The notes under the pieces were generated by a model. That model saw only the letters and a list, made by a program, of their open reading frames with translations, was not told where the DNA came from and ran no database searches. From an uncultured Verrucomicrobiae bacterium (GTDB lineage Bacteria > Verrucomicrobiota > Verrucomicrobiia > Chthoniobacterales > Chthoniobacteraceae), in contig CAWIKF010000001.1 of the NCBI GenBank assembly GCA_963836755.1, forward strand, positions 352,001 to 416,000: a stretch of 64,000 bases of DNA, in the 5' to 3' direction. Of the stretch, positions 54,825-64,000 are shown piece by piece. The translations under genes were made by a program, and so were the position numbers. The stretch's first letter is position 1; each line of letters begins with the position of its first letter.

Positions 54825-57800
54825 ATGGCCAAACCCGACCTGCATTCCGTGCCGAATCCTGGCGTCGTCGAAATCCGCGGCGCGCGCCAGAATAATCTGA
54901 AGGGGATCGACCTCGATCTTCCGCTCGGGAAGCTCAACGTCATCTCCGGCCCGAGCGGCAGCGGCAAATCGTCGCTGGCGTTTGACACGATTTACGCCGA
55001 GGGCCAGCGCCGCTACGTCGAGACATTCAGCCCATACACGCGCCAATTTCTCGAGCGAATGGACAAGCCGAAAGTTGACGCGATTCACGGCATCCCGCCG
55101 GCCATCGCGATCGAGCAGGCGAACCATGTAAAAAGCACGCGCTCGACCGTCGGCACGATGACGGAGATCAACGATTACCTGAAGGCGCTGATGCCGCGCA
55201 TCGCCCGCGCCTATTGCCCGGAATGCAGCCGCGAGATTCGCGTCGAGACAGCGCGATCGATCGCGGAGCAAGTGCTGGCCGACCTTCGCGGGGAATCGGT
55301 GCTGGTGACTTTCGGCGTGCCGGTGCCGGCGAAAACCGAGCCAGCAGAATTTTTCAAATTTCTTCAGCAGCAAGGCTACCTGCGCATTTGGATCGATGGC
55401 GCGATCCATCGCACCGACGCCGCGCCGGCTGTGCGACGGTTGCCCGCGCTCGTCCGCGTGCTTCAGGATCGGATGAAAATTTCCGAGGAGAACAATTCGC
55501 GGCTCGTCGAGGCGATTGAGACCGCGCTCCGTTTCGGCAAAGGCCAGGTCAGCTTCTTGCGCGAGTCCGATGGCCGCGAATGCCCGTATTCACTCGGCTG
55601 GCACTGCGCGCATTGCGATCTCGAAATCACGCCGCCGTCGCCTGGCTTATTTAGTTTCAACAACCCGCTCGGCGCATGTCCGAAGTGCCGCGGCTTCGGC
55701 CGAAGCATTGCACTCGACCTCGAGCGCGCGCTCGATCGCACACGCAGCATCGACCGCGGCGCAGTCAAAGTTTTTCAAACTGAAAATGGCCGCGAATGCC
55801 AGCGCGACCTGCTCAAACACTGCGCTGAGCGCGAGATCGACATTTACTGCGACTTTGATCAGCTGCCGCAGGCCGATCAGGATTTCGTCATTCGCGGCGA
55901 GCGAAAAAACGGCGAAGCGACGTCGGAGGATCTGTGGGAAAATGGGCGCTGGTATGGCGTGCAAGGTTTTTTCGATTGGCTCGAAACGAAAAGCTATAAA
56001 ATGCACGTGCGCGTTTTGCTGAGCCGTTATCGCAATTACGCGCTCTGCAGCGAGTGCCACGGCGGCCGCTTCCAGCCGGCGACGCTCAATTTTAAACTCG
56101 CCGGCTGCGACGGCCGATTACTCACGCTGCCGGATCTGGCGGCAAAACCTGCTGCAAAATTGATGGCGGAAATCGCCAGTTGCCGTTCGCACTTTTCCAA
56201 CGACGCGACGACCGAAATGCTGCGGAACGAGGTTGAAACGCGGCTCCGTTATCTCGTCGAAGTCGGCCTCGGCTATCTCTCGCTCGACCGCTCCACGCGC
56301 ACGCTCAGCGGCGGCGAAGTCGAGCGCGTGAATTTGACCACGTGCCTCGGCGCATCGCTCGTGAACGCGCTGTTCGTGATGGATGAGCCGAGCGTCGGCC
56401 TGCATCCGCGCGATGTGCAGCGGCTGATCGGCGTGATGAAAAATTTGCGCGACAAAGGCAACACACTGCTCGTGGTCGAGCACGAGGAATCGATCATCCG
56501 CGCGGCCGACAATGTCATCGAAATCGGCCCCGGTCGAGGCGAGGGCGGCGGCGAGCTTGTCTTCCATGGCGACGTGCCGAAACTCGAAAACGCGCGCACG
56601 CTCACCGCCGATTATTTGAACGGGCGCAAATCAATCCCGATCCCGGAAAAACGGCGCTCTCCGAAGGCGTGGATCAAGCTGCAAGGCGCTATGGAGCACA
56701 ATCTGCGCGACGTTGACGTCGATTTTCCGCTGCGCGTTTTCACCTGCGTCACCGGCGTTTCCGGCTCGGGAAAAAGCAGTTTGATCCGCGACGTCCTTTA
56801 TCAAAATCTGCTCGCGCTAAAGGGCGAAAACACGGGCGAAGATGGCATTGGCGCGTGCAAAAAAATCAGCGGCGCGCATCGCATCGACAGCGTGATGATG
56901 GTCGATCAATCTTCGCTCGCGCGCACACCGCGCTCCAGCCCGGCTGTTTATCTCGGCGTGTTCGAACCGATTCGCGAACTCTTCGCGACCACGCCCGAGG
57001 CCGTCGCGCAGAACCTGACCGCGAGTTCATTTTCTTTTAACTCCGGCAAAGGCCGTTGCGAGCGCTGCGGCGGCAACGGCTTCGAAAAAATCGAAATGCA
57101 ATTTTTGAGCGATCTTTTCGTGCGGTGCGCGGAGTGCGATGGAAAGCGCTACCAGCCGCACATTTTAAAAATCAAACTTCGCGAAAAGTCGATCCACGAC
57201 GTGCTCGAGATGAGCGTCACGGATGCGATCCAGTTTTTTGCGGGCGACAAACTTTTAAAATCAAAAATCGGAAACTTGAAGCTGCTCGAGGAGGTTGGCC
57301 TTGGCTACCTGCGGCTCGGCCAGCCGCTCAACGTCTTGTCTGGCGGCGAATCGCAGCGGCTCAAACTCATCGGGCATTTGACCGATGAAAGCCGCGGCAA
57401 CAGCCTGCTGATTTTCGACGAGCCGACGACCGGCCTGCATTTTGACGACGTGGCGCTGCTCGTCAAAGTGTTTAACAGGTTGGTGGAGCAGGGGAACACG
57501 CTCCTCGTGATCGAGCACAATCTCGAGGTCATTAAATCAGCGGATTATCTTATCGATCTCGGTCCCGAGGCTGGCGATGAAGGCGGCATCGTGGTGGCGA
57601 AAGGCACACCGGAGGAAGTGGCCAAAGTGAAAGAATCTCACACCGGCAGATTTTTAAACAATCTGCTTCAGCGTGAAAATTCGCGCGCGAATAAAAGTGT
57701 CATCAACTTTGACGCGGATACTGAATCCATGCGGGTTGCGGAGACTCCGCCGCATCTGGGAAACGGGAATCACGCAATCCAGGTGCATGGCGCGCGTGAG

Positions 57801-60420
57801 CATAATCTCAAAAACATTTCGCTCGCGATTCCACGCGATCAAATCGTCGTCGTTACCGGCTTGAGTGGTTCCGGAAAGTCGACGCTCGCTTTTGACATTC
57901 TATTTGCGGAGGGGCAGCGGCGTTTCCTCGACAGCATGTCGCCGTATGCGCGGCAATTCGTCGAGCAGCTCGAAAAGCCTGATGTAGACTTGATCTCCGG
58001 GCTTCCACCGAGCGTGGCGATCGAGCAGCGCGTGACGCGCGGCGGCGGCAAATCGACCGTTGCGACCGTGACGGAGGTGTATCATTTTCTGCGACTTTTT
58101 TTCGCAAAGCTCGGCACGCAGTGGTGTCCGAAATGCCAGGTGCCGGTGGAAAATCGCAGCGTTTCCGCGCTCATCGAACAGGCGGAGGCACTCGCGCAAA
58201 AAGGTGCGCGTGAAAATTTTAGCGCCGGTGGTCAAGGCACGAAAAGGTTTTCACACGGATGTCGCGCAGGCCGCTCTGCAAAAGGGTTTCACGACTTTGT
58301 TCGTGGACGGGCGGTTCGTTCCGGCTGAGGGTTTTCAAAAGCTGGAGCGTTTCCGCGAACACTCGATCGACGTGCTGATCGGCGAGGCGTCGAGCCCTGC
58401 GGAAGTGCGCCAGCTCGTGACGCGAGCGCTGGAAATGGGCCGCGGATCCGCGCGCGTGCTCGATGCAAAAAATCGGTCGACGATTTTAAGCCGCGAAATG
58501 AATTGCCCGAGCTGCGGCGAGTCGTTCGAGGAACTCGATCCACGCCTTTTTTCTTTCAACTCGCTGCACGGCTGGTGCACGGGCTGCCATGGGTTCGGCG
58601 AGGTTTGGAATGCGGCGGAAAGTGAGGCGGAATCGGCGTTGGAGGCAGAGCTCGACGAGGAGCGCCAGCACGAATCGCTGGAGGATGGCGAATCGTCCCA
58701 ATGCCCATATTGCAAGGGCGCGCGGCTGAATCCGGTCGCGCGCAATGTGCAAGTGCACGGGATGACGATCGACCGGCTCACGGCGCTTTCTGTGCGAAAG
58801 GCGCAGCTCGCGCTGGACGGCATGCGCTTCAATGACAGGGCCGCGTTGATCGCACAGGACATCGTGCCGGAGATCACGCAGCGTTTGCATTTCATGACGC
58901 AAGTCGGGCTCGATTATCTCGCGTTGAATCGCTCGGCGAAAACGTTGAGCGGCGGTGAATCGCAGCGCATCCGTTTGGCGGCGCAGCTCGGCTCGAATCT
59001 GCGCGGCGTCCTTTACGTGCTTGACGAGCCGACAATCGGCCTGCATCCGCGCGACAACCTCGCGCTTCTCGAGACCCTTGAGGCTCTCAAGCGAAAGGGT
59101 AATTCGCTCGTGATCGTGGAGCACGATGAAGACACGATGCGGCGCGCTGACACGATCATTGATCTCGGCCCGCGCGCGGGCTCGCGCGGCGGCGAAGTCG
59201 TTGGTATCGGAACGTTGGACGAGATTAAAAAAATCGAGCGCTCCGCGACCGGCCGCTGTCTGCGCAAACCGCTCTCGCATCCGACGCGGAAAGCGCGCCG
59301 TTCGCTCAAGGATGTGCAGCACTGGGTCGAGCTGCAAGGCGCGTGCGCAAACAATCTTCAGGCTTTGGACGTGAAATTTCCGATCGGGAGATTGATCGCA
59401 ATTTCTGGAATTTCCGGCTCGGGAAAAAGCACGCTGATGCGCGGCGTTTTGCTGCCGGCCGTGCAACAAGCTTTAAAACGTAGCAAAGTGGAGCCGCGCG
59501 ATTACGAGGCGATTCGCGGAACGGAATTCATCGAGGCGGTTTATGAAATGGACCAGTCGCCGATTGGGAAAACTTCGCGTTCAACACCCGCGACCTACAT
59601 CGGATTTTTCGATGAAATTCGGAAGCAATTCGCGTCGCTGCCGATGTCGCGGATGCGCGGCTACACGGCCTCGCGCTTCTCTTTTAACAACCAGGGCGGC
59701 CGCTGCGAAACCTGCATGGGACAAGGCGTGATCAAGATCGAGATGAACTTTTTGCCGACGAGCTACATTCCGTGCGGCGATTGCCACGGCAAGCGCTACA
59801 ACGCGCAGACGCTCGAGGTTTTATACAATGAAAAAAGCATCGGCGACGTAATCGAGATGACCTTCGAGCAGGCGGCGGAGTTTTTTAAATCGAATCAAAA
59901 AATTCATCGTCCGCTCGCGTTGCTATGCGAGACCGGACTTGGATATTTGCAACTCGGACAGCCAAGTCCGACGCTGAGCGGCGGCGAGGCGCAGCGGCTG
60001 AAATTGGTGAGCGAGCTGACGCGCGGCGTGGCTCGGTCGGACAATTCCCGGCTGCGCAAAATGACCGAGCCGAAATCGACGTTGTATTTGCTCGAGGAGC
60101 CGACAATCGGGCTGCACATGGCGGATGTGGAGGAGCTTTTGAAAGTGCTTCACCGGCTGGTCGATGACGGCAGCACTGTCATCGTCATCGAGCATAATCT
60201 GAGCCTGATCGCTGATGCCGATTACGTCATCGACATTGGGCCGGAGGCCGGTGAAAACGGCGGCAAAGTTGTGGCGGTGGGCGCTCCGGAGCAAATCGCA
60301 AAAAGCAAAACGAGCCGCACCGCGCCGTTCCTGCGGGAAGTGCTGCCGGCTCAATCGCCAACGGCGAAAGCCGTGGCAATGCGTGGGCCAACCGTGAGCA
60401 TGGCGAGCGGCGCGAGCTGA
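54825..60420 (+). CDS. uvrA: Tandem (double-length) excinuclease ABC subunit A, +1 frameshift near 58207
   Basis: Two full UvrA modules (four SGSGKS Walker A, four LSGGE signatures); the second module is split between ORFs 54825-58328 and 58204-60420. Confidence 0.93.
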
Positions 60421-61712
60421 AAAAGCAGGCGCGGCAGGGCCGTCGCGAGATGCCTAAGATATTGGTCCGGCGTGGGCCATCCGCTGAATAGAAAAATGCC
60501 GGCGTCGATAAACATCGGAATTCCGACGGCGGCGAAATAAGTGACGAGAGTGCGCCGATGGGGTGAATGTTTTTCAATCAAAAATAAAATGCCGACAGCC
60601 GCGAAGCCGCACCACAACAGGCTCCACTGCTTCCAGTTGATCAGGTGTGCGCCGAGCCTCAGTCCAATTTCCGGGATGCGGTGAACGTTGTGCAGCAGTG
60701 TCGTAAACGTCACCGGCATGAAGGTGGGATCGGTCACGACATGCAATCGGTGCAGCGCAACTTTCCATCCCAGCCAGACGAGCAGACCGGGTAACGCGAT
60801 CCAGCAGCAATTTAAAAGGCGGCGACGCATCGTTAACGCGGCGATGAACAGAAGCGAAAACCACAGAATGATCCCTTCGCCTTTGATCCACGGCAAAATG
60901 CCGCTGAGCAATGCAAAACGCGAAGCGGACGCAGTGGAGTTTTTTTGCAGGAATTCGTTCAGGTAAATCGCTGCTCCCAAATAGGCCACAGCGAGCGGAA
61001 AGTCGGCGTAGCCTTGTGGTAATCCCCAGTCACCAAAGCATGAATAGGGCAGAAAGAAAAAGGAGAGGGCGAGAATCGAACCTGCACGCGCGCTACGAAT
61101 CGATCGCATCATTCCGGTGTGGAGAAACGCCAATGCCGCCGCGTAAAAAAATGGGCTCACGAGCTTGATCCAGGTTTGGTCGCAGTCGCCGAGCCAGGAA
61201 TAAATCCAAGCCTCCGTGAGCGGCAGTAATAGCGGATAGTCGAGATGACTCCACGTGCGTGAGCCGTCGGAAAAATACGACGCGGGCAGCGCGCCATGAT
61301 TTAAAAATGCGATTCGCGCTTTTGCTTCCCAGATCAAAATCCCGTCCCACACGAACGCGGAGCGCAAGCAAATAACGGCTACCACCACGATGCTCACCGC
61401 GATGAAAAAGCGCAGAATCCAATCAGCAGTCAGCGCTCGTGGCGCGGCGCGTCGCGGGCGATTGCGCAGTCGTCTGAGGCCAGTGGCGCCCAAAAAGATG
61501 CACGCAACCGTCATCGTGATTTGCAGTGAAATGCCTCGCGCAAAAATGCCGATCAAAGCGAGGGCGCTGGAAACAAACGCCGTTCCCAGAATCCAGGATA
61601 GCGCGAAAACTTCGGCCGCGTCCGCATCTTCATCAGCCGGCAAAAGCATTGTTACACCGAATCCGGCCGACAAAATCGTGAGCACTCCAACGAGCAGCAA
61701 TAACGCGTTCAT
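60351..61712 (-). CDS. Polytopic membrane protein, GT-C (ArnT/PMT-like) glycosyltransferase candidate
   Basis: More than 10 TM segments; WDG..IW..KA, HLDYPLL, GYADFP, IKGEG. Confidence 0.7.
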   Translation of the reverse strand: MNALLLLVGVLTILSAGFGVTMLLPADEDADAAEVFALSWILGTAFVSSALALIGIFARGISLQITMTVACIFLGATGLRRLRNRPRRAAPRALTADWILRFFIAVSIVVVAVICLRSAFVWDGILIWEAKARIAFLNHGALPASYFSDGSRTWSHLDYPLLLPLTEAWIYSWLGDCDQTWIKLVSPFFYAAALAFLHTGMMRSIRSARAGSILALSFFFLPYSCFGDWGLPQGYADFPLAVAYLGAAIYLNEFLQKNSTASASRFALLSGILPWIKGEGIILWFSLLFIAALTMRRRLLNCCWIALPGLLVWLGWKVALHRLHVVTDPTFMPVTFTTLLHNVHRIPEIGLRLGAHLINWKQWSLLWCGFAAVGILFLIEKHSPHRRTLVTYFAAVGIPMFIDAGIFLFSGWPTPDQYLRHLATALPRLLFQLAPLAMLTVGPRIATAFAVGD

Positions 61713-62242
61713 CGTAAATTTTGCGCCTGTGGAATCATCACTAGCCGTTCCCCCGCACTTCGTGCGTCGGGCAGATCCGGCGGTGGCTTCAGTGCGAAAA
61801 AAAACAGTGCACCGAACTGCCACTTTTTCAGCGCATCGACGGTCGCCTTCACTTCATCAGGGGCAACGTAGGTGATGAAAACCGTGTGCGGCCACGCAAG
61901 ATAGCTGATCGTTAACGCGGCGAGATTGGACTCGTTGTCGCTGCGATTCGCGATGAAGGCAATTGTCCGCGATGTAGGCACAGAGGCGATTGCGCGGCTA
62001 ATCGGTTCCGATGCACGAGGGACATCGAGCGCCTCGCGGAGCATCGAGTCGGTGGAAGAATACGGCCCGGAGTTGTCGTTGCGAGTGACGAAGGATGGAC
62101 GCAAAATCGCTGCGATGCCGAACCCGAAAAATGCCGCCGCAAACAAAATGCAGAACAGCCGCTCGGCTTTGCGGAAAGTGAGATCGCGAGTCAAAGCCGG
62201 CGCAGCTTCCTGAAAGGCGCGAGTTGCGTCAAGCCACCGCAT
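61709..62242 (-). CDS. Single-TM hypothetical protein
   Basis: One TM segment, SYLAWP motif, 4-bp overlap with the downstream GT-C gene; start uncertain. Confidence 0.55.
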   Translation of the reverse strand: MRWLDATRAFQEAAPALTRDLTFRKAERLFCILFAAAFFGFGIAAILRPSFVTRNDNSGPYSSTDSMLREALDVPRASEPISRAIASVPTSRTIAFIANRSDNESNLAALTISYLAWPHTVFITYVAPDEVKATVDALKKWQFGALFFFALKPPPDLPDARSAGERLVMIPQAQNLR

Positions 62243-62290
62243 CGTGCGAATGCAGTTGCGTCGCACGCGCCATTTTTGCATCACCCACCG

Positions 62291-63232
62291 GTGCTCGCAT
62301 TTTATTTGCACAACCTGAGCCCATTCATCTGGGAAATCCGGCCCGGCATCGGCTTGCGCTGGTATGGCTTTGCCTACGTGCTCGCGTTCGCCGTTGGCTA
62401 TTGGCTTTACCGCTGGCTCGCGGAGCGCGGCTACTCAGAGCTGGCGCCGGAAAAAGTCGGCGACTTCATCACTTGGGCGGCGGTCTTCGGCGTGATGGTC
62501 GGCGGCCGGCTCGGCCACATGCTTTTTTACGATTGGCCGCAATGGCTGCACGATCCGCTGATGTTTTTTCGTGTGTGGGAAGGAGGAATGGCGAGCCACG
62601 GCGGGATGATTGGTTTGATCCTGTTTACGTTGTTTTACGCCCGCAAGCACAAGTTGTCATGGACGAGCATCGGCGACAATCTTTGCGTGGTCGCGCCGGT
62701 CGGACTGTTTTTCGGGCGCGTCGCGAATTTCATCAATGGCGAACTTTACGGCCATGTCACGACAGTCGCTTGGGCAGTGCAGTTTCCGAAGGAGCTTTAC
62801 GATTCGCCGGAACTGGCGGGCCGGGCGATCTCTGATGCACAAAAAATCAATCCGACGCTGGACACGGCGAGCGGCGTTGTCGATGCGGCCCGGCACGATC
62901 CGAGAGTTGCGGAAATGCTTCGCGAAATTTTACCGCCGCGACATCCGTCGCAGCTTTACGAGGCCTTCCTCGAGGGCATCGCCCTCTTCGCCGCAATGTG
63001 GTTTCTGCGGACAAAAGTGCGCGTCCCGCGCGGCGTTCTCACCGGCTCGTTTTTCGTGCTCTACGCTCTTCTGCGCATTGCCGGCGAAGTATTTCGCGTG
63101 CCGGATGCGCCGCTTACCGGACCGTTCACACGCGGCCAATTTTTGTCGCTGTTTTTAATTTTGATCGGCATCGCATTCATCTTTTGGGGCTTTCGCGCAC
63201 GGCAATATGAGCGCGCCCAGATGGAAACATGA
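62291..63232 (+). CDS. lgt: Prolipoprotein diacylglyceryl transferase
   Basis: LRWYG, GGRLG, GGMASHGG, GRVANFINGELYG, RHPSQLYEA. Confidence 0.97.
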   Translation: MLAFYLHNLSPFIWEIRPGIGLRWYGFAYVLAFAVGYWLYRWLAERGYSELAPEKVGDFITWAAVFGVMVGGRLGHMLFYDWPQWLHDPLMFFRVWEGGMASHGGMIGLILFTLFYARKHKLSWTSIGDNLCVVAPVGLFFGRVANFINGELYGHVTTVAWAVQFPKELYDSPELAGRAISDAQKINPTLDTASGVVDAARHDPRVAEMLREILPPRHPSQLYEAFLEGIALFAAMWFLRTKVRVPRGVLTGSFFVLYALLRIAGEVFRVPDAPLTGPFTRGQFLSLFLILIGIAFIFWGFRARQYERAQMET

Positions 63233-63834
63233 CGCGCGCGGCCGAGTATCAGCAAGTCTGGGACGGGCTTTGGTTTTGGCAGGCATACGACCCTTCGGTG
63301 AAAACGGAGCTGAGCTGTTGCGCAGTGGCGTTGCGTGCCGGGCTTGTGTTCATTGATCCGATTCCGATGGTTGATGAAGCGCTTGCGGAATTGACGGAGC
63401 GCGCTTCGCCGGCAGCAGTTATTTTAACAAGCGCGAACCACACGCGCGCCGCCGATTTCTTCAGGGAAAAGTTTACAATCCCAGTTTTTGCGCACCTCGA
63501 AGCGAAGCAGGAATTGACGATCAAAGTTGACCACTTTGTCGAGGAGGGCGCGACGATTTTGGACGATCTGACGCCGATTCATCTGCCCGGCTTTGCTCCG
63601 GGAGAAATGGCGATTCATCATCCCGCGCTCGGCGCGATGTTTGTCGGCGACGCTTTGATCAACGTGGGCTCCGATGGTTTTTCACCACTGCCGGCAAAAT
63701 ACTGCGCCGATGCGAAACTCGGCCTCCGCTCGCTGCGAAAATTATTGAACTTTGATTTTGAACTCATGACATTCGCGCACGGGCTGCCGATCATTTCCGG
63801 CGCCAGGCGCCGTCTCGCAAACCTAGTCGCATGA
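63229..63834 (+). CDS. MBL-fold protein with degenerate metal motif
   Basis: VFIDP, ILTSANHTR, LPG..PGE, VGDAL, FAHG. Confidence 0.75.
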   Translation: MTRAAEYQQVWDGLWFWQAYDPSVKTELSCCAVALRAGLVFIDPIPMVDEALAELTERASPAAVILTSANHTRAADFFREKFTIPVFAHLEAKQELTIKVDHFVEEGATILDDLTPIHLPGFAPGEMAIHHPALGAMFVGDALINVGSDGFSPLPAKYCADAKLGLRSLRKLLNFDFELMTFAHGLPIISGARRRLANLVA

Positions 63835-64000
63835 AACTTCGCCACCTTTTTTGCATGGTGCCCGCGCTTTTTTTCTCGGCATTCGCGCGGGGCGAAGATG
63901 CCAGCCTGCCGATGCCGCGGACCGATGCAGCCATGCGCCAAAAGATCGATGAGTTTTTCAAGGCTGTGGAAAATCATCAGATCGATGCCGCGTTTGACCA
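63831..64000 (+). CDS. Secreted hypothetical protein (3' truncated)
   Basis: ATGA overlap with previous gene; MKLRHLFCMVPALFFSAFARG signal-like; open to window end. Confidence 0.6.
   Translation, partial: MKLRHLFCMVPALFFSAFARGEDASLPMPRTDAAMRQKIDEFFKAVENHQIDAAFD

Noticed and set aside
42755..58212. Programmed frameshifting, RNA editing or a pseudogene cluster
   Set aside because: No shared slippery context; all are +1 insertions; includes the normally essential lpxK; sequencing error is more parsimonious

Overview
Mostly core chromosome of a GC-rich bacterium. Gene content (tandem double UvrA, DUF5069, futalosine-pathway MqnD, short EF-Ts, short RecO) points to Verrucomicrobiota, probably Chthoniobacterales/Spartobacteria; this is inferred, not searched. 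Gene order: rplJ(partial)-rplL-rpoB-rpoC, cobalamin adenosyltransferase, rpsB-tsf, glnS, aroE, MFS, PBP2, ABC-F, ECF sigma, mqnD, ispE, recO, Prc protease, DEAD helicase, desaturase, glgE, a compositionally foreign GH51+GH125 pair, dnaG-rpoD, lipA, lpxK-thrB, rph-gmd, rpmB, COG0523 GTPase, S10 peptidase, double uvrA, a GT-C-like pair and lgt. I saw no tRNA, rRNA, CRISPR array, integrase or transposase. The most unusual items are: (1) a non-coding array of about 6.5 x 41-bp self-complementary repeats at 45694-45966; (2) directly downstream, a CxxC / C-terminal Pro-rich leader-type gene followed by a Cys/His-rich outer-membrane barrel, resembling CruR/CutF metal-responsive leaders; (3) an rpoB leader with its own promoter, a terminator-like hairpin and a 26-aa uORF spanning that hairpin; (4) a small basic unknown protein between L28 and a COG0523 GTPase; (5) a secreted papain-like candidate and a lone phage ABA-sandwich-like gene. 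Six single-base +1 frameshifts between 42.7 and 58.2 kb are most likely sequencing errors.
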